Assembly: GCA_045586505.1 (NCBI GenBank)
Contig: JAZNAL010000053.1
Span: 30,109 to 94,108, forward strand
Source of the DNA: Candidatus Flemingiibacterium sp.
GTDB taxonomy: Bacteria > Bacillota > Clostridia > Oscillospirales > CAG-272
Direction: 5' to 3'
Length of the DNA stretch: 64,000 nucleotides
Notes under the pieces: model-generated
Database searches by the model: none
Told to the model about the DNA's origin: nothing
The model's input: the letters and a program-made list of their open reading frames with translations, nothing else
Program-made: the position numbers and the translations under genes
Shown: positions 25,405-34,540 of the stretch, piece after piece
Numbering within the stretch: the first letter of the stretch is position 1
Layout: every line of letters begins with the position of its first letter

Positions 25405-26113
25405 ACGCTACCGTCACGAGTGGAAGTATCTTATTGATACCGCGCAGAAGGAGCTTATCTGCAAGCGTCTGTCACCCTTTCTCGAGCTTGACAAGCACGC
25501 AAAGGCAGGCGGTTACATGATACGGAGTCTGTATTTTGATGATTACTTCAACACCGCGTACGAGGAAAAGGATGCGGGTGTGCTTGAACGAAAAAAATAC
25601 CGTATACGCATCTACAACTGCTCGGACAGCAGTATAAAGCTTGAGCGAAAAAAGAAATTCGGCGCCTACATCTTCAAGGAGTCGGCAACGCTCACGAGGG
25701 ACGAGGTCTACAAAATTCTCGACGGCGACTACGAATTTTTGCTGCACAGCAAATATCCGCTTTGCCGTGAATTCTATGTGGAAAGTGTCAGTAACGTAAT
25801 GCGTCCGCGCACTATCGTTGACTATGACCGCGAGCCGTGGATTTTGGATGCCGGAACGGTGCGCATCACTTTTGATATGGACGTACGTGCCGCTGTGGGA
25901 AGCTTTGATATTTTCGACGACACGCTTCCCGCACTTTCCGTGCTTGAGCCGGGCAAGTGTGTAATGGAGGTAAAATACACCGAATTTCTGCCGAAGTTTG
26001 TGCGCGACATTTTACCGGACAGGGCATCCGAGTTTACAGCAGTGTCGAAATATGTGCTTTGCTATGAGAAGTCAGAGTATATGCGAAGCTTTAAATATTG
26101 GTATGAAAATTAA
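25391..26113 (+). CDS. VTC-domain (polyphosphate-polymerase-like triphosphate tunnel) protein, cytoplasmic
   Basis: The track ORF starts at 25355. ATG 25391 follows GGAGGA and overlaps the cotH stop by 14 nt. Tunnel-strand motifs RHEWKYLI, IRSLYFDD, KYRIRIY, IKLERKKK, VRITFDMD and VMEVKY. Confidence 0.8.
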   Translation: MSKTERYRHEWKYLIDTAQKELICKRLSPFLELDKHAKAGGYMIRSLYFDDYFNTAYEEKDAGVLERKKYRIRIYNCSDSSIKLERKKKFGAYIFKESATLTRDEVYKILDGDYEFLLHSKYPLCREFYVESVSNVMRPRTIVDYDREPWILDAGTVRITFDMDVRAAVGSFDIFDDTLPALSVLEPGKCVMEVKYTEFLPKFVRDILPDRASEFTAVSKYVLCYEKSEYMRSFKYWYEN

Positions 26114-26127
26114 TATGGAGGATGACT

Positions 26128-26799
26128 ATGAGTGTACAGGACTTTATAAAAAAATCAATTCTTGAGTCAGGCGCATTTGACGGCGTAACCGTGGCGAATG
26201 CCGCTCTCGGACTCCTAATCGCTCTTATCATGGGTGCCGTGATATATTTTGTGTATAGAAGATTTTATACGGGTGTTATTTATTCACGTTCATTTGCTAT
26301 AACGCTTGTAGGTATGACGGTGCTGACCGCGATGGTTACTCTTGCTATAAGTACAAACATCGTAATCTCCCTGGGTATGGTCGGTGCGCTGTCTATCGTA
26401 CGCTTCCGTACCGCCATCAAGGATCCGCTTGACCTGCTATATCTCTTCTGGGCTATTACAACGGGAATCACCGCGGGTGCAGGAATGTATGCGCTCGTTG
26501 CAGTAGCGGCACTTGTTATGACACTTATGATAATTCTATTTTATCATAAGCAGCAGAAGGGACGTATCTACATACTTGTTGTTCACTATACCGGCGATAC
26601 GGCAGGAGATAATGTGATCCGTGCATTTGGTAAAATGAAGTATTTCATTAAATCCAAAACCGCAAGAAAAGAAAAAACTGAAATGGCAATCGAAGTATTT
26701 TGCAAAAATAACGATACGTTCTTTATGGATAAGATCCGCGCGATTGACGATGTTGAGGATGCAACATTAATTCAATATAACGGAGAGTATCATGGATAA
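26128..26799 (+). CDS. DUF4956-family integral membrane protein
   Basis: ATG 26128 lies 6 nt after GGAGGA (alternative 26122). Four TM helices. Contains the signature LGMVGALSIVRFRTAIKDPLDLLYLFWAI. Soluble C-terminal tail. Confidence 0.8.
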   Translation: MSVQDFIKKSILESGAFDGVTVANAALGLLIALIMGAVIYFVYRRFYTGVIYSRSFAITLVGMTVLTAMVTLAISTNIVISLGMVGALSIVRFRTAIKDPLDLLYLFWAITTGITAGAGMYALVAVAALVMTLMIILFYHKQQKGRIYILVVHYTGDTAGDNVIRAFGKMKYFIKSKTARKEKTEMAIEVFCKNNDTFFMDKIRAIDDVEDATLIQYNGEYHG

Positions 26800-28882
26800 A
26801 ATATTAAACGGAGTAAAAGACTTCGCCACAATCAAACGATACCTTGAAGCGATCAATCAGACGACGGATGATTTTCTGTTTGTATATGATATAAAAAACA
26901 ACCAGAATCATTTTTTTGGCTATATAAATGATGTCTTTGACTTATGTAGTGCTAACAAAGACACCGTCACCTCTGAAGAACTGCTTACCATAGTGCATCC
27001 GGCGGACAGGAAAACGGTTACACGGGAATTCGGGGAAATATGCAAAGGCATTAAGGATTCTCACGACCTTAATTTCCGTATGTTCAATAAGCGCGGTGAA
27101 ACCGTTTGGGTCAACTCAAGGGGAAAGATCCTCCACGATGAAAACGGTACTCCCACACTTGTGCTCGGACGTTTGTCAGAGGAGGCTTTGCGTCATCTTT
27201 TCAATCCTCTTACAGGACTGTGGAATAAAACAAAATTGCGTGATGATCTAAAAAACAGGCTTGAGCTCGGTGCCGGATGGCTTATGATGCTTGAAATTCC
27301 AATGCTGGCGGACATCAACTTAAGCCACGGAAGAAGCTTCGGCAACCAGTTGCTCTGCGATGTTGCGGATATTCTCGAGGAGATTGACAAAGTAGAAGGA
27401 TCTTATCATATTGACCACAATAATTTTGCCATCATTCTTGAAGATACATCCCAAATGACAGTGGAAGCAATCTATCGGAAAATCAGTGATACACTTCAGG
27501 ATAAGTGCAGTCTTTTTGCCGGCGTTGTGCCGATAGACACAAGTGTTTTCATTGATGTGTCACAGCTTGTTGACTGTGCAAACATCACGCTGAAAAAAGC
27601 AAACGAAAATCCTATCGGTGGAATTGAGTTCTTCTCCGCCGAGGAGGTTCAGCAAAGAATCACCTCGCTGATGCTTCTCGAAGAAATGAAGGAAAGCGTA
27701 CAGAACGGATTTGAAGGCTTCGAGGTGTACTATCAGCCGCAGATAAAAAGCGGGAACTACGAGCTTCACGGCGTTGAGGCACTGCTTCGCTATGACTCCC
27801 CCAAACGTGGTAGGGTGTTCCCGGACGAGTTTATTCCGCTGCTTGAGCAGTCGGGACTTATTGAGCCGGTTGGTATGTGGGTGCTTGAAACAGCGCTTGC
27901 ACAGTGCAAAAAGTGGCGGGAGAGCATCCCGACACTTCATGTGGCGGTGAACTTTTCCTCCGTTCAGTTTGAGGATCGCCGGCTTGGTGAGAAGATTGTG
28001 GATGCGCTTAAGAGCGCAGAGCTTCCCGGGAATGTACTCACTGTGGAGCTTACTGAATCTGTTCAGCTTAGCGGCAATAAGCATTACTACAACCTCATCA
28101 AATATATAAAGTCGTACGGAGTACGTTTTTCCATCGACGACTTCGGTACAGGCTATTCAAATCTCGGCTATCTGAAGCAGCTTGACGTAAGCGAAATCAA
28201 AATTGACCGAAGCTTCGTGTCCGAGATCGAAAAAAATACCTACAATTACCGACTTATCAGTAACGTAATTGAATTTGCGAAAACCAACTCAATATATGCG
28301 TGCTGTGAGGGTGTCGAAACGGCAAAAGAGCTTTCAATACTTGAGCCACTTCAAGCTGATTTCTTCCAGGGATATCTCTTTGACAAGCCCTGCACTGCCG
28401 ATGAGATCGCACGAAAGTACATTTACAAATCCTCCGATGAGTACAAGGCGCGAATGGCGGCTATCGAGGAGATAGCCCGTTTTAAAGAGCAATTCGGAAC
28501 GATACACTTCGATCCTAAAAACGTCCTTCGTGCAAACGATATCGGACTGTGGATCATTCGGATTGACGAGAAAAATAACCGACGCGAACTGCACGTTGAT
28601 GATGTAATGGAGCGCGTTCTGGGACTTAAGGAAAAGGTATCTCCGAGTGAGTGTTACGACTATTGGTACAGCCGCATTTCTCACGAGGACAAGCAATATG
28701 TGGATAACTCCGTGAACGTGATGATAAATGGCGGAAAGGCAGTACAGCTGGGCTATCGTTGGAATCATCCGGATGTCGGTCAAGTGACCGTACGCAGCAG
28801 CGGAATACGAACACAGGATGAAAGTGGTAAGATAGTGCTTGAAGGATATCATCGTATACTTACCGGAGTTGAAGGCGCATAA
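26792..28882 (+). CDS. PAS, degenerate GGDEF, EAL and PAS domains: c-di-GMP phosphodiesterase
   Basis: 8-nt overlap with the upstream stop. The GGDEF position reads DHNNF, which is degenerate. EAL motifs are intact: EALLRY, ELTES, DDFGTGYSNLGYL, KIDRSF, EGVET and QGYLF. Confidence 0.9.
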   Translation: MDKILNGVKDFATIKRYLEAINQTTDDFLFVYDIKNNQNHFFGYINDVFDLCSANKDTVTSEELLTIVHPADRKTVTREFGEICKGIKDSHDLNFRMFNKRGETVWVNSRGKILHDENGTPTLVLGRLSEEALRHLFNPLTGLWNKTKLRDDLKNRLELGAGWLMMLEIPMLADINLSHGRSFGNQLLCDVADILEEIDKVEGSYHIDHNNFAIILEDTSQMTVEAIYRKISDTLQDKCSLFAGVVPIDTSVFIDVSQLVDCANITLKKANENPIGGIEFFSAEEVQQRITSLMLLEEMKESVQNGFEGFEVYYQPQIKSGNYELHGVEALLRYDSPKRGRVFPDEFIPLLEQSGLIEPVGMWVLETALAQCKKWRESIPTLHVAVNFSSVQFEDRRLGEKIVDALKSAELPGNVLTVELTESVQLSGNKHYYNLIKYIKSYGVRFSIDDFGTGYSNLGYLKQLDVSEIKIDRSFVSEIEKNTYNYRLISNVIEFAKTNSIYACCEGVETAKELSILEPLQADFFQGYLFDKPCTADEIARKYIYKSSDEYKARMAAIEEIARFKEQFGTIHFDPKNVLRANDIGLWIIRIDEKNNRRELHVDDVMERVLGLKEKVSPSECYDYWYSRISHEDKQYVDNSVNVMINGGKAVQLGYRWNHPDVGQVTVRSSGIRTQDESGKIVLEGYHRILTGVEGA

Positions 28883-28919
28883 ACTCGCAATAAATCAAGC
28901 AATACCAAGGAGCAAAAAA

Positions 28920-30476
28920 ATGAGGACTATTCAAAGCAAAATACTGTTAGTTGTAATTTCCGCGCTTATTGTGATTACTGCGATAGTAACCTCCATCGCA
29001 GTCGGTGTAACGCATAATATCATGCATAAGGATGCGGACAGAATTTTAAACAATGTTTCCGAGAAGGAAGCCGCATATATCAATGATATGCTGAACGATT
29101 TTATGCAGTCGTCGGCAATTATGGAGCACTACGCACTACATGAGCTTAGCAGTGTGAGTGCGCTGAATAATGAATCCTACCGTGACGAATATATAGAGGA
29201 AATATGCCACCTTTTTGACGAGGTTGCACTTAATACCGCCGGAACAACCGCATATTATCTCTGCTTCTCACCCGAGGTGACGGGTGGTGTTACTTCCGGA
29301 TTTTACTCAAAATTCAAAGAGGATGGCGTGTACGAGCTTTCAAAAGAGGAGTTTGCGGAGCTTGACCTTTTTAATGCGAACTTTATTAAGGAAAGCGGAT
29401 TTGACGTGATTGGATCCGGCAACATATGGCTGCAGCCCCGAAGGAGTACCTTTGCCCCCGACGATACGGTTGTCTCCTACCTTACGCCACTATACAAGGA
29501 AAATACCTTTTTAGGATTCCTCGGCTTCAACATGGATTTTGAGTACCTGCTGGGTCTGGTAGGCGAAATAACTGTTTACGATAACGGTCATGCTTTACTG
29601 CTGAGCAGCGACAAGCAGACCTGCTACAACCCTGCTGAGGATATCCATATTTCGCAGGATTACGCCGAGGCTACAACAGCTCTTAAAAACGGGATGAACC
29701 TGGAGCTGCGTGCAGCATATGTGGACATCCAAAGCGGCATACGTCCAATGCTGAGCTATATAATCGGCGCCTTTTTGGTGGTACTTGTGCTTGCGATTTT
29801 GTATACCTTCTTTGTAACGGACAAGATCGTTACGCCGCTTAAAAAGCTCACTTCCGCGGCAGGCAGCATCTCATCAGGTGTACAGGACGTGAATCTCATT
29901 GTCGATTCAAATGATGAGATTGGCATACTCTCCCGTGTACTCAGCGACACTTATGGAAAAATTCGAGAGTATTCCACATATATAAACGCTCTTGCATACA
30001 GAGATTCGCTGACGGGCATCAAGAACAGCACGGCGTACGCTGAGGCAATTGATGAGCTCAACAAGGAGATCAATCTCGGCAACCCATCTTTCGGCGTAAT
30101 TGTTGCAGACATAAACAATTTGAAGAAGACAAATGACACCTACGGACACGATGTTGGAAACGAGCTTATCGTTCATTCCGCAAGAATACTCACCGATATA
30201 TTCAAAACAAGCGCTGTATACCGAATAGGCGGTGATGAATTTGCTATTGTTTTAAAAGGAAAGGATCTTGAGCGGCACCGCGTTCTCATTGAAAAAATGG
30301 ATGTTGCGTTCTCTGCCGATTACATAGCGGTAAACGATGAAACCGTACCGGTTTCAATAGCACGAGGAGTTTCTGTATTCGATCCGTCAATCGACCGTGT
30401 ATATGCAGACGTATTTGCTAAGGCAGACCACGCTATGTACTTGAACAAGGAAGATATGAAGGTTGCTTGTGAGTAA
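28920..30476 (+). CDS. Membrane sensor diguanylate cyclase (extracytoplasmic Cache-like domain, HAMP, GGDEF)
   Basis: The track ORF starts at 28839. ATG 28920 lies 7 nt after AAGGAG and gives MRTIQSKILLVVISALIVITAIV (TM1). Second TM helix MLSYIIGAFLVVLVLAILYTFFV. HAMP-like segment. Intact RIGGDEFAIV, and no RxxD I-site upstream of it. Confidence 0.9.
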   Translation: MRTIQSKILLVVISALIVITAIVTSIAVGVTHNIMHKDADRILNNVSEKEAAYINDMLNDFMQSSAIMEHYALHELSSVSALNNESYRDEYIEEICHLFDEVALNTAGTTAYYLCFSPEVTGGVTSGFYSKFKEDGVYELSKEEFAELDLFNANFIKESGFDVIGSGNIWLQPRRSTFAPDDTVVSYLTPLYKENTFLGFLGFNMDFEYLLGLVGEITVYDNGHALLLSSDKQTCYNPAEDIHISQDYAEATTALKNGMNLELRAAYVDIQSGIRPMLSYIIGAFLVVLVLAILYTFFVTDKIVTPLKKLTSAAGSISSGVQDVNLIVDSNDEIGILSRVLSDTYGKIREYSTYINALAYRDSLTGIKNSTAYAEAIDELNKEINLGNPSFGVIVADINNLKKTNDTYGHDVGNELIVHSARILTDIFKTSAVYRIGGDEFAIVLKGKDLERHRVLIEKMDVAFSADYIAVNDETVPVSIARGVSVFDPSIDRVYADVFAKADHAMYLNKEDMKVACE

Positions 30477-30516
30477 GGCTTTGCTTGATATCTTTTTGGA
30501 CTGACTTGCCAAAACA

Positions 30517-30562
30517 AGCCCTTGAAGAGTGCCTGTAAAAAGGCGATTCAAGGGCTGTTTTC
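30517..30562 (+). terminator. Rho-independent terminator ending the 15-kb plus-strand unit
   Basis: AGCCCTTGAA...TTCAAGGGCT followed by GTTTTC. Confidence 0.6.
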
Positions 30563-30665
30563 TATGCAAATCCTCATTCTCTTTTTGACTATCAATGCCG
30601 GTAGAGATGGCGAAAATATGATTTCCCCGGGATGTACAGCGATCGTTTTAGCTGAAAATTCAAGC

Positions 30666-30714
30666 AGAAAAACTCCCAAGGCAAGCGCAATGCAAGCCTT
30701 GGGAGTAATTTTTA
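30666..30714. terminator. Bidirectional terminator
   Basis: CTCCCAAGGC-13nt-GCCTTGGGAG flanked by AAAAA (left) and TAATTTTT (right). It serves the convergent minus-strand lct-like operon. Confidence 0.65.
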
Positions 30715-30788
30715 GTTTTCCGTAACAAATAGATGCTTTTTATCGCACATTAAAACATTCAAAGGGGTTGGCTTTTTGAACACTGTTT

Positions 30789-32183
30789 TCAGAAGCACAC
30801 TTTGCCCGGATTGAGGATATTCTTCTCGTCAAAAACCTTCTTTATACCCTGCATAAGAGCGATGGGAGTATGCCCATACTGCTTCTTAAGGTAGTTTTTC
30901 TTTGCATATCCTATACCGTGCTCTCCCGAAACAAGTCCACCAAGCTCCTCTGCCTTGAGGTACATACGGTCAAAGCAGATATTGAGCTTTTCTTCCCATG
31001 TTTTCTCGTCCAGCTCGTCTCTGCATATGTATATGTGGAGATTTCCGTCTCCTGCGTGACCGAAGCTGGGGATCCTTATACCCATTTCCTCAGAAAGAGT
31101 ATGCGTAAACTTGATGAACTCGGCTATCATATCCTTGGGAACTACAACGTCGCATTCGTCCATTTCTGTAGTTGATGCCTTGATAGCCTCAAGGAACGCT
31201 CCTCTTGCCGACCAAACGGATTTCTTTCTCTCCTCGGTATCAACGATATATGCATCTATTGCACCGATCTCAAGGCAAAGATTTGCAACGGTATTCATAT
31301 CCGCTTCAACCTGCTCGTCAGTATTGCCGTCAAAGGTGAGCAGAATATATGCATCGCTTTTGGTATCGGGGAATTTCTTTCCAAGATAGCTCTCGGAGAA
31401 GAGAATTGTGTCGCGGGACATATACTCGATAGCGGTGGGTGTTACCTTTGAGCGAATTATCTGAGGAACAGCCTCAATGGCGCTCTTCATATCTTTGAAC
31501 GGCACAAGAAGGCTCACGGAAACCTTGGGAAGAGGAACGAGCTTCAATACTGCCTCGGTTATGATACACAGCGTTCCCTCCGAGCCTATAACCAGATCCT
31601 TCAGGCTATATCCCGAGCTGTTTTTTGCGACCTTTGCGCCAAGCTCCAGTATCTCGCCGTCCGGCATAACGACGGTAAGTGCTCGTACGTAGTCTCTTGT
31701 TACGCCATATTTAACAGCTCTCATGCCGCCGGCATTTGTTGAGATATTTCCGCCAATTGTTGCGGATTTTTCACCCGGATCCGGCGGATAAAGGAAATCG
31801 TTTTCCTCGGCAAATGCCGCAAGCTCCATAAGAAGGACGCCGGGTTGAACGGTTACTGTGAGGTTGTTTTTGTCAAGCTCTAAGATCTTGTTCATCTTGA
31901 TGGTTTCAAGAAGAATGCCGCCCTCAAGTGCAACAGCCGCGCCCACAAGACCTGTTCCGCTTCCTCTGACGGTTACGGGAATGCATCTGTTGTAGGCGAG
32001 CTTCATGATCTCGCTTATCTGTTCTGTGGAACAAGCCCGTACAAGCACGTCAGGCATATTTTCTATACCGCCAAGCTCGTCGTGAGCATAGTCGGGGCTT
32101 ATTTCGTCGCCGAAGAGCACGTTGCTCTCACCGACGATTGCGCGCAGGGCAGCCACATCCTTTTCGGTTATTTTATTATACAT
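30789..32183 (-). CDS. FAD-linked oxidase (GlcD/LctD-type), probably the lactate dehydrogenase partner of Etf
   Basis: 464 aa. FAD_binding_4-type N-terminus ([15 protein letters not shown]). C-terminal FAD-oxidase_C motif [15 protein letters not shown]. 8-nt overlap with etfA. Confidence 0.85.
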   Translation of the reverse strand: MYNKITEKDVAALRAIVGESNVLFGDEISPDYAHDELGGIENMPDVLVRACSTEQISEIMKLAYNRCIPVTVRGSGTGLVGAAVALEGGILLETIKMNKILELDKNNLTVTVQPGVLLMELAAFAEENDFLYPPDPGEKSATIGGNISTNAGGMRAVKYGVTRDYVRALTVVMPDGEILELGAKVAKNSSGYSLKDLVIGSEGTLCIITEAVLKLVPLPKVSVSLLVPFKDMKSAIEAVPQIIRSKVTPTAIEYMSRDTILFSESYLGKKFPDTKSDAYILLTFDGNTDEQVEADMNTVANLCLEIGAIDAYIVDTEERKKSVWSARGAFLEAIKASTTEMDECDVVVPKDMIAEFIKFTHTLSEEMGIRIPSFGHAGDGNLHIYICRDELDEKTWEEKLNICFDRMYLKAEELGGLVSGEHGIGYAKKNYLKKQYGHTPIALMQGIKKVFDEKNILNPGKVCF

Positions 32184-33372
32184 CAGCGCGCACCTCCTTT
32201 ATCTTTTCAATAAGAGCGGGGACTATCTCGGCGGCATCACCTACGACGCAGTAATGAGCCACGTCAAATATCGGAGCATTCTTGTCTGTATTTATTGCCA
32301 CGATACAATCGGATGACTTCATTCCCGCCGCAAACTGAACTGCGCCCGATATTCCGATGCAGATTATGAATTTTGGCTTTACGGTTCTTCCCGAAAGACC
32401 TATCTGTCTTTTTGCATTGAAAATATTGCTTTCGGCAAGAGGTCTTGTGCAGGCAACAACGCCGCCCAGCAGATCGGCAAGCTCTGCCGCCTGTGCTCTC
32501 AGCGTGTCGCTCTGTGCGCCTCTGCCCACAGCAACGATAACGTCTGCCTCTGCGATATCGATGTCCTTGGGCTTTTCCTGTATTTCAAGAACCGATATCT
32601 TTGATGCCAGCTTTTCCTCGGAAGCCTCCATATTTACGATTTCTCCGAAAGCCTCCACCGTGGGCTTAGGCTCTGTAAAGACCTTATAGCGTGCGGTGCA
32701 GAACTGAGGACGTGTATTGGGCGAGATGATCTGTGCCATAATATTTCCGCCGAATGCGGGACGTATCTGCACAAGGTCGGTGTTCTCCTTCATTTCGAGA
32801 ACGGTACAGTCTGCTGTGAGACCTGCATGGCAGCGTGCCGCAACTCTCGGTGCAAGCTGTCTGCCAAGGTCCGTAGCTCCCACAAGTATAGAGGATGGCT
32901 TTACCTTGTGGATGAAATCGCAGAAAGCCGCGGTATATGGCTCTATTCTGAAGCTCTTATAGACCTCGTTATCATAAACGAAAACCTTATCTACACCGTA
33001 ATGGAGCAGCTTTTCTGCACACTTGCCGATATTGCTGCCAATAAGAAGAACATAAACCGGGTGATTTATAACCGAAGCCAGCTCGCGGGCTTTACCGCAC
33101 AGCTCATATGTAACACGGTGAAGCTCTCCGCCCTGACAATCGGCATAAACGCAAACGCCCTTCCAGAGTGTTTTATCAACCGTCACTACTTCCTCTTCAA
33201 CAAATTCGACAGCCCCATCTCCGTTGCGAACGCAAAGCTTGCACATCTTGCACGCAGAGGATATAGCGAGCTTTCCTTCATCATTCGAAATAGCGCCGAA
33301 TGGACACACCTTAACGAGCTTTTCGGCAAGGTCAGGAGTGATTTTATTTTGATTTACAACAAGTTTTCCCAT
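32176..33372 (-). CDS. etfA: Electron transfer flavoprotein alpha subunit with an N-terminal ferredoxin-like Cys cluster domain (LctC-like)
   Basis: N-terminal CPFGAI...[11 protein letters not shown] alpha C-terminal motif [28 protein letters not shown]. Confidence 0.9.
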   Translation of the reverse strand: MGKLVVNQNKITPDLAEKLVKVCPFGAISNDEGKLAISSACKMCKLCVRNGDGAVEFVEEEVVTVDKTLWKGVCVYADCQGGELHRVTYELCGKARELASVINHPVYVLLIGSNIGKCAEKLLHYGVDKVFVYDNEVYKSFRIEPYTAAFCDFIHKVKPSSILVGATDLGRQLAPRVAARCHAGLTADCTVLEMKENTDLVQIRPAFGGNIMAQIISPNTRPQFCTARYKVFTEPKPTVEAFGEIVNMEASEEKLASKISVLEIQEKPKDIDIAEADVIVAVGRGAQSDTLRAQAAELADLLGGVVACTRPLAESNIFNAKRQIGLSGRTVKPKFIICIGISGAVQFAAGMKSSDCIVAINTDKNAPIFDVAHYCVVGDAAEIVPALIEKIKEVRADV

Positions 33373-33385
33373 GGTAGCTGCCTCC

Positions 33386-34174
33386 TTATATCATCTTGAG
33401 CTTGCAAACAAGCTCGCAGAGAGATTGCGCCTGCTCACGGGAGGTACCCGTCACGCTGTGCTTTTCGGTGTTCTTTTCGGGCGGGAATATTCTCTCAACC
33501 TGGGTCGCAGAGCCGGAAAGACCGTAATGCCCGGGATCCCTATCGTCAAAATCATCGAAGGTGAGAATTTTTACCACGTCATCCGTGATGCTCTGCTTTA
33601 CCTTATAGGAAGGAAGCCTGGGGGTGTTTATATCATTCTCCATAGAAATAAGGCAGGGAAGCTCAACACTCATCTTTATTGTGTTATTATCAAGAGATGC
33701 AGTAACAGTTGCCTTACCGTCGCTTATTTCGTCGATGGAGATTACGTTTGAAACATTTGGAATATTCAGATTTTCAGCTAACTCTGCGCCAACCTGAGCC
33801 GTATCGCCGTCGGTTGTCTGCTTTCCGCAAATGATCATATCAAAATCTCCGCACTTGCGTATACCCTGAGAAATGGTATATGCGGTAGCAAGAACGTCAG
33901 CACCGGCAAATTTGCGGTCGGAAAGCACTGTACCTTTCTCTGCACCCATGCAGACAGCCTCTTCGATAACAGACTTTGCCTGAGGCGGTCCCATGGTGAT
34001 ACATTCAACACTTCCGCCGTATTTTTCGGTAAGAGAGAGAGCTGCCTCAATGCCATACAGATCGTATGGATTCATCTTACTCCGAATGCCGCTTCTTTTA
34101 AGAACGCCCGTGATCGGATCGACCTCAACGTTGTTGGAGCCCGGCACTTGCTTGATACAAACCAGAATTTTCAT
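33386..34174 (-). CDS. etfB: Electron transfer flavoprotein beta subunit (LctB-like)
   Basis: The track ORF extends to 34216. ATG 34174 follows GGAGGA and gives the canonical MKILVCIKQVPG. Confidence 0.9.
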   Translation of the reverse strand: MKILVCIKQVPGSNNVEVDPITGVLKRSGIRSKMNPYDLYGIEAALSLTEKYGGSVECITMGPPQAKSVIEEAVCMGAEKGTVLSDRKFAGADVLATAYTISQGIRKCGDFDMIICGKQTTDGDTAQVGAELAENLNIPNVSNVISIDEISDGKATVTASLDNNTIKMSVELPCLISMENDINTPRLPSYKVKQSITDDVVKILTFDDFDDRDPGHYGLSGSATQVERIFPPEKNTEKHSVTGTSREQAQSLCELVCKLKMI

Positions 34175-34197
34175 ATATCCTCCAAAGTAAATAATAC

Positions 34198-34216
34198 TTG
34201 CAAATAACATTTGCAA
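34198..34216. promoter_or_regulatory. Candidate operator: perfect inverted repeat TTGCAAAT-AAC-ATTTGCAA
   Basis: 8+8 bp perfect palindrome located between the -10 element and the RBS of the etfB operon. Confidence 0.35.
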
Positions 34217-34233
34217 AAATGTAACTCAGATAT

Positions 34234-34261
34234 ATTATAACATATTTTTTGCCATATGTAA
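34234..34261 (-). promoter_or_regulatory. Candidate promoter of the etfB-etfA-dehydrogenase operon
   Basis: The minus strand reads TTACAT, then 16 nt, then TGtTATAAT. Confidence 0.45.
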
Positions 34262-34513
34262 AAAGCTATACCAAAAAAATTTGGCATTGAATAAGATATC
34301 TTTTTTAGTCGCACTAATTGGTTGCACCACCGACTTGTTGACCTGTACGCGAATGCCGCTGCGCACCGGTAGCGGCAAGAACGCAAGCGTTCTTGCTCCG
34401 AGCTTTTCAATCTACCTACGAATCGAGCAACCAAACAACCACATTGCGGTTACTGTTTTGAAATACAACAAAAAACTCGTCATAAGACGGTTTTTAGCCG
34501 CTCCCACCTAAAT

Positions 34514-34540
34514 AAAAAACTCGTCTTACGACGAGTTTTT
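34514..34540. terminator. Rho-independent terminator after tRNA-Tyr (symmetrical A/T runs)
   Basis: AAAAAACTCGTC-TTAC-GACGAGTTTTTT immediately adjacent to the tRNA 3' end. Confidence 0.7.
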
